From positions 41,764-105,763 of the forward strand of contig CAKVIG010000004.1 in NCBI GenBank assembly GCA_934754515.1: a stretch of 64,000 nt of DNA, given 5' to 3'. Shown in pieces: positions 35,873 to 46,681 of the stretch (positions are counted from its first letter, which is position 1; each line of letters starts with the position of its first letter). Source of the DNA: an uncultured Candidatus Melainabacteria bacterium. Its GTDB lineage: Bacteria; Cyanobacteriota; Vampirovibrionia; Gastranaerophilales; Gastranaerophilaceae. The translations under genes were made by a program, and so were the position numbers. The notes beneath the pieces are model-generated. The model ran no database searches. It saw only the letters and a list, made by a program, of their open reading frames with translations, and was not told the DNA's origin.

Positions 35873-36799
35873 TTACGCTTTTTCTAAAACCTTACCTGCG
35901 TTTTTAATCATTTGCATATCTTCCATTGCTTCAACACCTTTTGTTGTCAAATAATCACCTGCAAGCAAGCCGTTAATTCCTGCTCTCAAGCCTAATTCTT
36001 GCATTTCCTTAGACAATCTTGTCTTTCTTCCGCCTGCGTAGCGCAAAATAGCTTTTGGAAGTACAATTCTAAAGATACAAATTGTTCTTATAACTTCTTC
36101 TTCGGTAATTTTATCTTCAAAGTTTTCCAAAGGTGTTCCCTTGATTGGGTTTAAAACATTTATTGGCACCGTTTTTGGATTAAGTTCCGCAAGAGAAAGT
36201 GCCATATCAATTCTGTCTTCTCTGCTTTCGCCCATACCCAAAATAACGCCTGTACAAGCTTCCATACCTGCTTCTTTAATCATATTTACAGTATTAACTC
36301 TATCTTCAAAATTGTGAGTTGTACAAATTTCTTTGTGATAATTTCTAGAGGTATTAATGTTGTGGTTAAATCTTTCAACACCGACTTCTTTTATTTGTTT
36401 GATTTGTTCTTTGTTCAATAGACCCAAAGAAGCGCAGCAGTGAATACCTTCGATTGATGCAACCGCTTTAATCATTTCCAAAATTTTATTAAAGTCGTCG
36501 CCGTTTTCGCTTCTGCCTGATGTTACGATACAAAATCTTGAAGCACCGTTAGCTTTAGCTTGTTCTGCAGCTGCCTTAACTTCTTCAACGCTCATCAAAG
36601 GGTGACACAAAATATCAGCGTGGTTGTGAACACTTTGAGAGCAGTATTTGCAGTTCTCACCGCATTTACCTGTTCTTGCGCTAATAATTGAGCAAACCTC
36701 AACTTCGTTGTTGAAATTTTCTTTAGTAACCTGTTCCGCTTTAGAAATAAGTTCTTCTAAGGGTAGATTATATAGGTCTAGTAGTTCTTGTTTGTTCAT
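35873..36799 (-). CDS. bioB: biotin synthase
   Basis: 308 aa with the radical-SAM motif CGENCKYCSQ and BioB-type downstream Cys residues. Confidence 0.93.
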   Translation of the reverse strand: MNKQELLDLYNLPLEELISKAEQVTKENFNNEVEVCSIISARTGKCGENCKYCSQSVHNHADILCHPLMSVEEVKAAAEQAKANGASRFCIVTSGRSENGDDFNKILEMIKAVASIEGIHCCASLGLLNKEQIKQIKEVGVERFNHNINTSRNYHKEICTTHNFEDRVNTVNMIKEAGMEACTGVILGMGESREDRIDMALSLAELNPKTVPINVLNPIKGTPLENFEDKITEEEVIRTICIFRIVLPKAILRYAGGRKTRLSKEMQELGLRAGINGLLAGDYLTTKGVEAMEDMQMIKNAGKVLEKA

Positions 36800-36840
36800 T
36801 TTATGTCCTTTCCTTTTTCGTGAGAAACTTGCGGGTGATT

Positions 36841-36990
36841 AAAATGGAGATTAATGGAAAATTGAAAGTGGAAAATGGAAAATTGTATTAAGAATTTTTT
36901 ATAGATTTAATTCGTTCAATATTAAACAAATTTTATTTCAAATAATATTTAAAATAATTTTCCATTTTCCACTTTCAATTTTCCATTTCA
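36841..36990. repeat. long inverted repeat with periodic arms (GGAAAATG flavour)
   Basis: AAAATGGAGATTAATGGAAAATTGAAAGTGGAAAATGGAAAATTG pairs with AATTTTCCATTTTCCACTTTCAATTTTCCATTTCAA across a ~70-nt loop. Located between mnmA and bioB. Confidence 0.7.
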
Positions 36991-37018
36991 ACCCCCTCTA
37001 CTTAATTTAATTCCCTAA

Positions 37019-38089
37019 CTACTCAATAACTCCTCCGCCCAACACGACATCTCCGTCATACAATACAACGGATTGTCCGGGGGCGATTGATTTTTGCATA
37101 TCTTCAAATACAACTTCTATTTTATCTTCGCCGATTGGACGAACTGTTACATTCGTCGGAGTCTGAGTCGAACGAATTTTTGCTTGGCACTTGATTTCTT
37201 TATCAAGCTTGTCAAACGCAATCCAATTCAAATCATCCGCTACAAGTCTGTCTTTAAAAGTTTTGTCCTTAAATCCGACAACAACCTCATTAGTTTCGCC
37301 TCTAAGCTCAACTACATACAAAGCCTCAGTTGAAGATATTCCTAATCCTTTTCTCTGACCGATTGTATAATTCCAAACGCCCTCGTGCTCGCCCAAAACT
37401 TTGCCATCCATATCAATGATATTACCGCGTTTTGGTTTTACTCCTAAAAGTTCATTATAATCGCCTTCATAAAAATCTTGCGAATCAGGTTTTTCAGCAA
37501 CTTCTAAACCTGCTTTTGAGGCAATTGCGCGAATTTCTTCTTTTGTGTAACCGCCTAAAGGTAACAAAATATTTTCTAATTGTCTTTGTTTTAAACGATA
37601 CAAAAAGTATGACTGGTCTTTATGTGGATTTACACCGCGTTTAAGCAAATATCTGCCGTTTTCATCCTGTTCAACTCTTGCATAATGACCTGTTGCAAAT
37701 TTTTCGAACTTTAGTCCGTTTTCTTTTGCAATATACGGTAAAACGTCAAATTTGATAAGCGAATTGCACCAAACGCAAGGGTTTGGAGTTCTGCCTTTCA
37801 AATATTCATCTCTAAAATTTTTCAAAACGATTTCGTCATACTTGCTTGCGCAATCAAAAACGTGAAATTCAATTCCTAATTCTTTGCAAACTTTTGCTGC
37901 TGATTCGATATCTTCTTTTTCGTCAGGACCAAGGCAAGCACCGTGACTGGAAGGATTGATTTTTACGCTCATGCCTTTGTCACCCCAGATAGCCATTGTA
38001 GCACCAATAACATTATGTCCCGCTTCTTTTAGAAGTAAGGCTGCCGTTGAAGAGTCCACTCCACCTGACATTCCAACTAATATATTCAT
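37019..38089 (-). CDS. mnmA: tRNA 2-thiouridine(34) synthase
   Basis: 356 aa with the PP-loop motif MSGGVDSS and a conserved catalytic Cys (NPCVWCN). Confidence 0.95.
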   Translation of the reverse strand: MNILVGMSGGVDSSTAALLLKEAGHNVIGATMAIWGDKGMSVKINPSSHGACLGPDEKEDIESAAKVCKELGIEFHVFDCASKYDEIVLKNFRDEYLKGRTPNPCVWCNSLIKFDVLPYIAKENGLKFEKFATGHYARVEQDENGRYLLKRGVNPHKDQSYFLYRLKQRQLENILLPLGGYTKEEIRAIASKAGLEVAEKPDSQDFYEGDYNELLGVKPKRGNIIDMDGKVLGEHEGVWNYTIGQRKGLGISSTEALYVVELRGETNEVVVGFKDKTFKDRLVADDLNWIAFDKLDKEIKCQAKIRSTQTPTNVTVRPIGEDKIEVVFEDMQKSIAPGQSVVLYDGDVVLGGGVIE

Positions 38090-38998
38090 TTATACGCAAG
38101 CTCCTATTAACATTTTTTCTATACATTCACAGGCTTTTTCGGCAACTTTTTCTTCAACCGTAACTTCGTGTTGTTCAAATTTTAAAGCGTTGTAAATATC
38201 TTCTAATGAGTTCCATTTCATATTTTGGCAAATAATATCTTCTCTAATCAAGAAAAATTCTTTGTCCTTATAATCACGTTTAAGTCTATCTAAAACACCT
38301 TTTTCTGTTGCAATCACAAAACTCTTTTCGTTAGAATTTGCAACGTAATCCATAATTTCTTTGGTTGAACCGACAAAATCTGCGATTTCTGAAACAGCTG
38401 TGTGGCATTCAGGGTGTGCAAGGATTTTAGAATTTGGATGTTCGCGTCTTGCATTTTCAATATCTTCAACACGAATTCTCAAGTGTGTTGGGCAAAAACC
38501 GTTGTAAGTAGTAACTTTTACGTTGCCTAATTTCTTTTCAACCCATTTGCCGAGATATGTATCCGGCAAGAAAAGTATTTCATCAGCACCAAGACTTTTT
38601 ACTACATTAACCGCATTTGAACTTGTGCAGCAAATATCGCACTCTGCCTTAACTTCAGCTGTTGAATTGATGTAACAAACAGCAGGGATATTCGGATGAA
38701 GTGCCTTAAACTGTCTTAATTGTTCAATATTAATCATGTCAGCCATAAAACACCCTGAATTCATGTTTGGCAAAAGTACCTTTTTTTCAGGGTTAAGAAG
38801 TTTTGCAGATTGTGCCATAAAGTGCACGCCTGCAAAAACGATTATATCAGCGTTTGTTTCTTTTGCTTTTTTGCTCAAATAAAAAGAATCACCGACAAAA
38901 TCAGAAACCGCATCAACTTCAACAGGTTGATAACAGTGAGTTAAAATTATCGCGTTTTTCTCTTTCTTAAGTCTATTTATTTCGTCTATGTAATTCAT
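38090..38998 (-). CDS. nadA: quinolinate synthase
   Basis: 302 aa with NadA family layout and conserved cluster Cys residues. It abuts the mnmA start. Confidence 0.9.
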   Translation of the reverse strand: MNYIDEINRLKKEKNAIILTHCYQPVEVDAVSDFVGDSFYLSKKAKETNADIIVFAGVHFMAQSAKLLNPEKKVLLPNMNSGCFMADMINIEQLRQFKALHPNIPAVCYINSTAEVKAECDICCTSSNAVNVVKSLGADEILFLPDTYLGKWVEKKLGNVKVTTYNGFCPTHLRIRVEDIENARREHPNSKILAHPECHTAVSEIADFVGSTKEIMDYVANSNEKSFVIATEKGVLDRLKRDYKDKEFFLIREDIICQNMKWNSLEDIYNALKFEQHEVTVEEKVAEKACECIEKMLIGACV

Positions 38999-39153
38999 AA
39001 AAATCCTTTCAAATATTTATACTAACACAAAGATTTTCAAACTCAAAAAATTTTATTGTATACCATAACATTTTGTTAACAAAGAGTTTTGAACAAATAA
39101 AGCCGGCTGAAACTAAAAATTCAACCGGCTCTATAATTCTAATGTTTAACTTT

Positions 39154-39744
39154 CTACTTAGTTGTTTGGATAAACAAACTAATTAAATCATTCAAAGCTG
39201 AATATTGTTTTTGGTAGCTTTGAGATTGTTTCTCAAGAGTTAAAATTTGTTTTTTATATTCTTGAATAGATGCTTGGCATTCTCTAGCTGAAACCTTCAA
39301 GTTTTCTTGAACTTGCTGTGCATCTTGCAAAACACTCTTCATTGAAATTCCCAACGCTTCCATAGTTTGTTTGATGATTTGAGCACCGGTGTGTCTTGAA
39401 ACACCGCTTGGAAGTTGTGAAATAAGTTTCTTAAGAACCGTAATATTTGCAGGCATTTCAAACTGTTCTGTAACAGGTTCTGAAATTGGTGCAGACATAG
39501 TTTTTGGTTCTGCAAAGAATGGGTCTTTTTCTTCTTCAATATCATCAAAGAAGTTTGTTGATTTAGCAGGTTTTGAAGGTTCTGCAAAGAAATCATCTTC
39601 TGCAGGAGCCGGAGTTGAAGAAGCAAAAATATCATCAGATGCTGATGAAAAATCATTCATTTGTTCTTCTTGTATATCCATATTTTCAGCTTGTTTTTTC
39701 AAAGCTTCTACAATCTTTTTCCCAACACTTTCGTTATTCGGCAT
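39154..39744 (-). CDS. acidic hypothetical protein with C-terminal coiled coil
   Basis: 196 aa with a GAGGGAG RBS. Repeated DDFFAEP/DPFFAEP motifs, then a helical C-terminal half. Confidence 0.65.
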   Translation of the reverse strand: MPNNESVGKKIVEALKKQAENMDIQEEQMNDFSSASDDIFASSTPAPAEDDFFAEPSKPAKSTNFFDDIEEEKDPFFAEPKTMSAPISEPVTEQFEMPANITVLKKLISQLPSGVSRHTGAQIIKQTMEALGISMKSVLQDAQQVQENLKVSARECQASIQEYKKQILTLEKQSQSYQKQYSALNDLISLFIQTTK

Positions 39745-39852
39745 AATTTTTACTCCCTCATAGGTTTACTTCAAAACAATTATATTTGAAACATGCGCAA
39801 AGTCCAATATTTTGTTATGTTTTGTAAAAACATGCAAAGTTATTTTAAACAA

Positions 39853-39874
39853 AAGGTGCTCTAGCGAGCACCTT
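39853..39874 (-). terminator. hairpin after typA
   Basis: AAGGTGCTC-tagc-GAGCACCTT, 7 nt downstream of the typA stop. Confidence 0.6.
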
Positions 39875-39880
39875 TATAAC

Positions 39881-41674
39881 CTATATACTCTTAAACTTAA
39901 CCAAATCTTGTTTTCTCATTCTGATATTTTCAGGAGTGATTTCAACAAGTTCGTCATCACCGATGTATTCTAAGCAATCTTCCAAAGAAAGTTCTTTGTG
40001 TGCTTGTAATGTTACCATAACATCAGCTGTCGCACTTCTCATATTGGTTAATTTTTTAGTTTTGCAAATATTAACTACAATATCTTGAGGTCTGTTACCT
40101 TCACCAATAATCATACCTCTATATACCTTAGTTTTTGGTGTAACAAAGAATACGCCTCTATCTTCAAATTGTGCCAAAGCGTAAGGAATAGCTTCGCCTT
40201 GTTCGTGAGCCAGAATAGAACCGCTTCTTTGTTTTGGAATTTCACCTGCGTATGGTTTGTATTCGTCAAATGTATGATACATAATACCTTCACCGCGAGT
40301 CATACGGATGAATTCTGAACGGAAACCAATCAAACCTCTGGCTGGAATTGAGAATTTCATATTTGTTCTGCCGTTAGCATTCTGCATCTCAATCATTGTA
40401 GCTTTTCTGCCTGAAAGTCTGTCGATACAAGAACCTGCATAAGTTTCAGGAACGTCTACCAACAAGTTTTCGAAAGGTTCTTGCAAGTTTTCACCTTCAC
40501 CTTTAAAGATAACTTCAGGTTTAGAAACTTGGAACTCGTAACCTTCTCTACGCATTGTTTCAATCAAAATACCTAAGTGAAGTTCGCCTCTGCCGCTAAC
40601 TTTGAAGCAGTCTGTTGAATCAGTGTCTTCAACTCTCAAACTTACATTCTTTTCTAATTCATCATAAAGTCTTTTTCTAAGTTGTCTTGATGTTACAAAC
40701 TTACCTTCTTGACCTGCAAACGGACTGTCATTAACTGAAAAATTCATTTGCAATGTAGGTTCATCAACCTTAATCAAAGGCAAAGCTTCAATGTTGTTAG
40801 GGTCGCAAAGTGTTTCACCGATATGAATATCGGAAAAACCAGCTATACCAACGATGTCACCTGCTTCTGCGGAATCAATTTCTACACGTCCTAAGTCGTG
40901 GAAACCGAAAAGCTTTGTAACTTTTCCTCTTTCAACAGAACCGTCTGCTTTAACCCAAGCGACTTGGTCTTGTGAGTGAATAACACCGTTTACTACACGG
41001 CCGATAACGATTCTTCCTACATATTCGTTATAATCAAGAGTTGTTGCTCTGAATTGGAAAGGTTTTGTTGAATCACCTGAAGGTTCTTGAATATTTTCGA
41101 TAATGCAATCCAAAAGCGGAATCATGTCTTTTCTTTCATCATCAAGATGTTTAATAGCAAAACCGTTCAAACTGCTTGCGTAAATATAAGGGAAGTCGAT
41201 TAAGTCTTCTCTGTCCGTTAACTCCGTGAACAAATCAAAAACCTTGTCCAAAGTTCCGTCAGGATCTGCTGCCGGTTTATCGATTTTGTTGATTACAACA
41301 ATAATTTTGATACCAAGTTCCAACGCTTTTGACAGAACGAATCTTGTTTGAGGCATTGGACCTTCTGCTGCGTCAACGATAAGTAAAGCACCGTCCACCA
41401 TACCCAATACACGTTCAACTTCACCGCCAAAGTCCGCGTGACCTGGAGTGTCGACTACGTTGATTTTAATACCTTTGTAGTCGATTGAAATGTTTTTAGA
41501 AAGAATTGTAATTCCTCTTTCTCTTTCTAAGTCGTTGCTATCAAGAACACGTTCTTGCACTTGTTGGTTTTCTCTAAATGCACCGCTTTGTTTTAGCATA
41601 CAGTCAACCAAAGTTGTTTTACCGTGGTCAACGTGAGCGATAATAGCGATGTTTCTAATATTCTTATTTGCCAT
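39881..41674 (-). CDS. typA: translational GTPase TypA/BipA
   Basis: 597 aa with G motifs AHVDHGKTTL, DTPGHADF and NKID, plus the BipA C-terminal domain. Confidence 0.96.
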   Translation of the reverse strand: MANKNIRNIAIIAHVDHGKTTLVDCMLKQSGAFRENQQVQERVLDSNDLERERGITILSKNISIDYKGIKINVVDTPGHADFGGEVERVLGMVDGALLIVDAAEGPMPQTRFVLSKALELGIKIIVVINKIDKPAADPDGTLDKVFDLFTELTDREDLIDFPYIYASSLNGFAIKHLDDERKDMIPLLDCIIENIQEPSGDSTKPFQFRATTLDYNEYVGRIVIGRVVNGVIHSQDQVAWVKADGSVERGKVTKLFGFHDLGRVEIDSAEAGDIVGIAGFSDIHIGETLCDPNNIEALPLIKVDEPTLQMNFSVNDSPFAGQEGKFVTSRQLRKRLYDELEKNVSLRVEDTDSTDCFKVSGRGELHLGILIETMRREGYEFQVSKPEVIFKGEGENLQEPFENLLVDVPETYAGSCIDRLSGRKATMIEMQNANGRTNMKFSIPARGLIGFRSEFIRMTRGEGIMYHTFDEYKPYAGEIPKQRSGSILAHEQGEAIPYALAQFEDRGVFFVTPKTKVYRGMIIGEGNRPQDIVVNICKTKKLTNMRSATADVMVTLQAHKELSLEDCLEYIGDDELVEITPENIRMRKQDLVKFKSI

Positions 41675-41765
41675 TCTTTTAATCCCTATTTCTTCTAGTG
41701 TTGATTTTACACTTATATTTTAAAACAAAAATTTTTATTTGCATAATAAAAATTTACAATCACAA

Positions 41766-41799
41766 AAAAGGGCTTTTCACAAGTAAAAAGCCCTTTTTT
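41766..41799 (-). terminator. terminator after glgC
   Basis: AAAGGGCTTTT...AAAAGCCCTTT stem flanked by A- and T-runs. Confidence 0.65.
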
Positions 41800-41804
41800 G
41801 AATT

Positions 41805-43040
41805 TTATAATCTTGCGTTTTTCGGAACTACCGTTACTCCGCCTTCTGAAACATAGAAGCCCCTTCTTATATCTTCATCTCTATCCACACCAATTTTTGT
41901 ATAAGGTGGAACATCGACATTTTTGTCTATAATCGCTTTTCTGATTTCTGAATAACGTCCTATATTAACATTTTCCATCAAAATACTATCAGAAACTTGA
42001 GAATAACTGTTAATTTTAACTTTAGGCGAAAGAACACATCTTGAAAGCATACCGCCGGAAACGATGCAACCTTCTGACACCATTGAATTTGTTGCCATTC
42101 CGACTCTATCGCCTTGTTGCCAAATGAATTTTGCAGGCGGATAGTTATAATTAAATGTTCTGATTGGCCACTCTTTAGAATATAAATTCAATTCAGGTTC
42201 ATAGTCTAATAAATCCATATTTGCCTGCCAATAAGCATCAATACAGCCGACATCTCGCCAATAACCTTTTTCTTTTTTTGTAATCCCCGGAAAATGATTT
42301 TCGTTAAAGTTATAAATAAAGATATTTTTACCTTGATTTAAAAGCATAGGAATAACATTTTTGCCAAAATCATGATTAGAACCATCGATTTTTGAATCTT
42401 CTTCCAAAGCATCCACAAGAATTTGTTTATTGAAAATATAATTACCCATAGATGCCAAGCACATTTTAGGATTATTCGGCATAGCTTTTGGAGGAGTTTG
42501 AGGTTTTTCTACAAAACCTGTTAAACGCCAATTTTCATCAACCTCAATAATACCAAACTCGTGCGCTTCTTCAATCGGAATTGGAATAGCGGAAATCGTC
42601 AAATCGGCATTTCTTTCTTTATGAAAATCAAGCATTTGACCAACATCCATTTTGTAAATATGGTCACCACCAAAAACACAAACATAATCAGGTTCTTCAT
42701 CGTGAATATGAAAAATATTCTGATAAACTGCATCGGCTGTCCCTTGATACCAAGCTCCGCCGGTTCTCATTTGCGCAGGCACTAAATCAACATATTGGTT
42801 TAAAAACGGTGACAAAACCCAGCCTTTAGAAATATGTTTATTCAAAGAATCTGATTTATACTGTGTCAAAACTTTTATCTTAAAGAAACCTGAGTTTATA
42901 AAATTATTTAAAACAAAGTCAATAATTCTATATCGTCCGCCAAACGGAACCGCAGGTTTTGCCCTGTCTTGAGTAAGCGGAAACAATCGTTTGCCTTCAC
43001 CACCTGCCAAAATCATTACCAATGCGTCATCTATTGACAT
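41805..43040 (-). CDS. glgC: glucose-1-phosphate adenylyltransferase
   Basis: 411 aa with the GGEGKRLFPLT motif and a left-handed beta-helix C-terminal domain. Confidence 0.94.
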   Translation of the reverse strand: MSIDDALVMILAGGEGKRLFPLTQDRAKPAVPFGGRYRIIDFVLNNFINSGFFKIKVLTQYKSDSLNKHISKGWVLSPFLNQYVDLVPAQMRTGGAWYQGTADAVYQNIFHIHDEEPDYVCVFGGDHIYKMDVGQMLDFHKERNADLTISAIPIPIEEAHEFGIIEVDENWRLTGFVEKPQTPPKAMPNNPKMCLASMGNYIFNKQILVDALEEDSKIDGSNHDFGKNVIPMLLNQGKNIFIYNFNENHFPGITKKEKGYWRDVGCIDAYWQANMDLLDYEPELNLYSKEWPIRTFNYNYPPAKFIWQQGDRVGMATNSMVSEGCIVSGGMLSRCVLSPKVKINSYSQVSDSILMENVNIGRYSEIRKAIIDKNVDVPPYTKIGVDRDEDIRRGFYVSEGGVTVVPKNARL

Positions 43041-43193
43041 ATAAACCCTCCTAAATATTATATTTTTATTTTAACAAATTTTAATAAAAATTGCACTTAC
43101 TTTTTCTATACAAAAAGGAAAAGTAAGAAAAATAAAAACATTCATTTATATTAACGCTTGTATTATAATTAATTTATGCAATAAGGAAATATT

Positions 43194-44018
43194 ATGAAAA
43201 CAGTAAATACATTCCAAAGATTAAAAAATAACAACGAAAAAATAACAATGCTGACTGCTTACGATTATTCGACAGCGCAAGTTCTTGAACAAGCTGAAAT
43301 TGACGGAATTTTAGTTGGAGATTCTCTTGCAATGGTAGCTTTAGGGTATGAAAATACTTATAATATTACAATTGACGAGATGACAGTGTTCGTAAAAGCT
43401 GTTGCACGCGGTGCAAAAAATTCTTTCATAATCGGTGACATGCCGTTTATGAGCTATAATTTATCAGTTGCACAAGGATTGGAAAATGCTTCTAAAATGA
43501 TTAAAGCAGGCGCATCAGGTGTTAAATTGGAAGGCTGCAATGATCATATCTTAACTCTTATCAAAAGATGCGTCGAATCAGGAATTCCTGTATTAGGTCA
43601 TTTAGGCTTTACTCCACAACTTATGAACACTATTGGCGGACACAAAATTCAAGGAAAAACCTCCGAAAAAATTGAAGAGATTTTAAGAAGCGCAAAAAAA
43701 CTTGAAGAAGCAGGTTGTTTCGCGGTTGTTTTAGAATTAATGCCAGAAGAAAGCGCAAAATATGTCACAGAAAATTTGAATATTCCGACAATCGGAATTG
43801 GTGCAGGCAAATATTGTTCGGGTCAAATTGTAGTAACAGATGATATTTTAGGCAAGTTTACGGATTTTGCACCGAAGTTTGTAAAAAAATATGCAAATTT
43901 ACATGACACAGTTTTAAACGCTGTTGAAGAATACATTGCAGAAGTTAAAAACGAACTTTTCCCATCAGAAAAAGAATCGTTTGAATTAAACAAAGAAGAA
44001 AAAGCTAAATTGGCTTAA
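43194..44018 (+). CDS. panB: 3-methyl-2-oxobutanoate hydroxymethyltransferase
   Basis: 274 aa with PanB family blocks (MLTAYDY, GDSLAMV, GDMPFMSY). Confidence 0.94.
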   Translation: MKTVNTFQRLKNNNEKITMLTAYDYSTAQVLEQAEIDGILVGDSLAMVALGYENTYNITIDEMTVFVKAVARGAKNSFIIGDMPFMSYNLSVAQGLENASKMIKAGASGVKLEGCNDHILTLIKRCVESGIPVLGHLGFTPQLMNTIGGHKIQGKTSEKIEEILRSAKKLEEAGCFAVVLELMPEESAKYVTENLNIPTIGIGAGKYCSGQIVVTDDILGKFTDFAPKFVKKYANLHDTVLNAVEEYIAEVKNELFPSEKESFELNKEEKAKLA

Positions 44019-44041
44019 TTTTTAGGCGGAGAAAAATAAAA

Positions 44042-45106
44042 ATGATTAATAGAAGAAAATCAAAACAAATATCAATAGGAAACGTAAAAATCGGCGGAGA
44101 TGCGCCAATAAGCGTTCAATCAATGTGTAATACGGATACAAGAGATGTGGCTAAAACATTAGACCAAATCAGCGAACTTGCTTCGGCCGGATGCGAAATT
44201 GTTCGTCTTGCGGTTTTAAACAAAGATGCAGCCGCTGCTATCAAAGATATTGTTGCAAAATCACCTGTTCCTTTGGTTGCAGATATTCATTTTGATTATA
44301 GATTAGCTTTGACTTGTATTGAAAACGGAATTCATGCTCTTAGAATTAATCCGGGAAATATCGGGAAAAAAGAACATACAATAAAAGTTGTAGAAGCCGC
44401 TAAAGCGCACGAAGTTCCAATCAGAATCGGTATAAACGCAGGCTCTTTGGAAAAAGAATTTGCGGAAATGGATATTCCTCTGCACGAAAAAATGGTTTTG
44501 AGTGCAATGCGCCATTTGGAAATTTTAGAAGATTTAAATTTCTATAATACAAAAGTTTCATTAAAATCTTCTGACGTTCCAACTACAATTGAGGCATATC
44601 GCTTAATGGCAAAAAAAGTTGATTATCCGCTTCATTTGGGCGTCACAGAAGCTGGTACTTTAAAATCAGGTTTAATCAAATCTTCAATTGGTTTAGGAAC
44701 ATTATTGAGCGAAGGAATCGGCGACACGATAAGAGTTTCTTTAACAGAACAGCCTGTTGAAGAAGTGCATGCCGGTTTTGGAATCTTGAAGGCTTTAAAT
44801 TTGCGCCAAAAGGGTATTAATTTTATTTCTTGCCCGACTTGCGGAAGAACTCAGATTAATTTAATCGGATTAGCAAAACAAGTTGAAGAAAAATTCAAAA
44901 ATTTAGATTTACCGATTACAATTGCTGTTATGGGATGCCCTGTAAATGGCCCAGGAGAGGCTCGCCATGCTGATTTTGGCATAGCGGGAGCAATTAAAGA
45001 AGGTTATATTTTCAAGAAAGGTGAAATTATAGCAAGAGTTCCTGAAGCCGACTTGATTAATTCGTTAGAAAATATTATAATGGAATCATATAGTTCAGAT
45101 AAATAA
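44042..45106 (+). CDS. ispG: 4-hydroxy-3-methylbut-2-en-1-yl diphosphate synthase
   Basis: 354 aa with cluster Cys motifs CPTCGR and GCPVNGPGE. Confidence 0.95.
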   Translation: MINRRKSKQISIGNVKIGGDAPISVQSMCNTDTRDVAKTLDQISELASAGCEIVRLAVLNKDAAAAIKDIVAKSPVPLVADIHFDYRLALTCIENGIHALRINPGNIGKKEHTIKVVEAAKAHEVPIRIGINAGSLEKEFAEMDIPLHEKMVLSAMRHLEILEDLNFYNTKVSLKSSDVPTTIEAYRLMAKKVDYPLHLGVTEAGTLKSGLIKSSIGLGTLLSEGIGDTIRVSLTEQPVEEVHAGFGILKALNLRQKGINFISCPTCGRTQINLIGLAKQVEEKFKNLDLPITIAVMGCPVNGPGEARHADFGIAGAIKEGYIFKKGEIIARVPEADLINSLENIIMESYSSDK

Positions 45107-45108
45107 GA

Positions 45109-45435
45109 ATGGGTGTTATGAGAAAAAATTTATTATTAGTTTTAGCTTTATTTACGCTAGTTTGCGTAAGAGCAAACGCAGATATTACTCCTGCACAAAT
45201 AACTGATCCGGAGTACATGATTAACAATGGTTTTTCAGAAGCAACTGCGGAAGAAGTTTTAATTATGAAAAATCGTATAGATGGGAAGCCTTGTGAACCA
45301 TTGTATGAAAAGAAAGCAAACAATAAATTTGTTAATTTCTTTAAGAATTGTTATTCATACTTAGATCCAAGCGTTGATAACGATGAAAGATATCACCATG
45401 ATATTCATCAATCACCAAGTTGGCATGACCTATAA
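45109..45435 (+). CDS. small secreted hypothetical protein
   Basis: 108 aa with signal peptide MRKNLLLVLALFTLVCVRANA. Confidence 0.6.
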   Translation: MGVMRKNLLLVLALFTLVCVRANADITPAQITDPEYMINNGFSEATAEEVLIMKNRIDGKPCEPLYEKKANNKFVNFFKNCYSYLDPSVDNDERYHHDIHQSPSWHDL

Positions 45436-45450
45436 GATTTAAATATAAAA

Positions 45451-45482
45451 AAGGCGACTTTCTTTGAAAGTCGCCTTTTTTA
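45451..45482 (+). terminator. rho-independent terminator
   Basis: GGCGACTTTC-ttt-GAAAGTCGCC followed by TTTTTTATTT. Confidence 0.8.
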
Positions 45483-45517
45483 TTTAGCACCCAATAATTT
45501 TGTTATATAATATCTCT

Positions 45518-46681
45518 ATGAACAGATTTAGATTTTTAACTTCAGGCGAAAGTCATGGAAAATGCCTGAATGCGATTATAGAAGGAATTCCAGCAGGAAT
45601 CAGAATCAAAGCCTCCGTAATTAATGAAGATTTGGCACGCCGCCAAGTCGGATATGGTCGCGGTGGCAGAATGAAGATTGAAAAAGACACAGTCGAAATT
45701 AAATCAGGTGTGCGCTTCGGTAAATCAACAGGTGCGCCGATTTGTCTTGAAATCAAAAACAAAGATTACGAAAACTGGCAAGAGGTTATGAACACCGAAC
45801 ATCAAGATTACCCTGCCCAAGAAACCTTAAAAAAGATTGAAGAGAAATCTTTCACAACTGTTCGCCCCGGACACGCTGATTATGCGGGTTATATTAAATA
45901 CAATTTTACCGACCTTAGAAATGTTTTGGAACGCTCAAGTGCAAGAAAAACAGCTATTGAAGTTGCAGTAGGTTCTGTTGCAAAACAAATCCTTAAAGAA
46001 TTCGGTATAATAGGTTTTTCTCATGTTGTGCAAATCGGGAACGTCAAACTTGATTTTTACCCGAAAACTTATACTTTAATCAAAGAAAAAGCCGAAAAAT
46101 CAGACGTGAGATGTGCGGATGATTTAACTGCAGATAGAATGCGTAACGCAATTGACGAAGCTGCCCAAGCAGGCGATACTTTAGGCGGAAAATTTGAAGT
46201 AATTTTCGGCAATCTTCCTGTCGGCTTAGGTTCTTACGTACACTGGGACAGATGTTTAGACGGACGTTTGGCGCAAGCGGTTATGAGTATTCCTGCGGTT
46301 AAAGCTGTTGAAGTAGGTGCAGGCGTTGACGCAGCATCGCTAAAAGGTTCTCAAATGCATGATGAAATTTTTGTTAAGAACAAAAATGTTTATCGCCATA
46401 CAAATAACGCAGGCGGAATAGAAGGCGGAATGACAAACGGCGAAGCCCTTGTAATCAAAGGTACAATGAAAGCAATTCCTACTATGCGCAAACCACTTGC
46501 AACTGTTGACATCAAAGACATGCAGCCTGCAAGCGCGCATTTTGAACGTTCCGATACTTGCGCAGTTCCTGCGTGTGCCGTTGTAGCAGAAGCTAGAGTT
46601 GCAATTATCCTAGCAGATGAGCTTTTAACTAAAATCGGCGGTGATAATTTTGTAGAAATGAAGGCACATTATGGCGAATAA
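45518..46681 (+). CDS. aroC: chorismate synthase
   Basis: N-terminus MNRFRFLTSGESHG. The track start is TTG 18 nt upstream. Confidence 0.95.
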   Translation: MNRFRFLTSGESHGKCLNAIIEGIPAGIRIKASVINEDLARRQVGYGRGGRMKIEKDTVEIKSGVRFGKSTGAPICLEIKNKDYENWQEVMNTEHQDYPAQETLKKIEEKSFTTVRPGHADYAGYIKYNFTDLRNVLERSSARKTAIEVAVGSVAKQILKEFGIIGFSHVVQIGNVKLDFYPKTYTLIKEKAEKSDVRCADDLTADRMRNAIDEAAQAGDTLGGKFEVIFGNLPVGLGSYVHWDRCLDGRLAQAVMSIPAVKAVEVGAGVDAASLKGSQMHDEIFVKNKNVYRHTNNAGGIEGGMTNGEALVIKGTMKAIPTMRKPLATVDIKDMQPASAHFERSDTCAVPACAVVAEARVAIILADELLTKIGGDNFVEMKAHYGE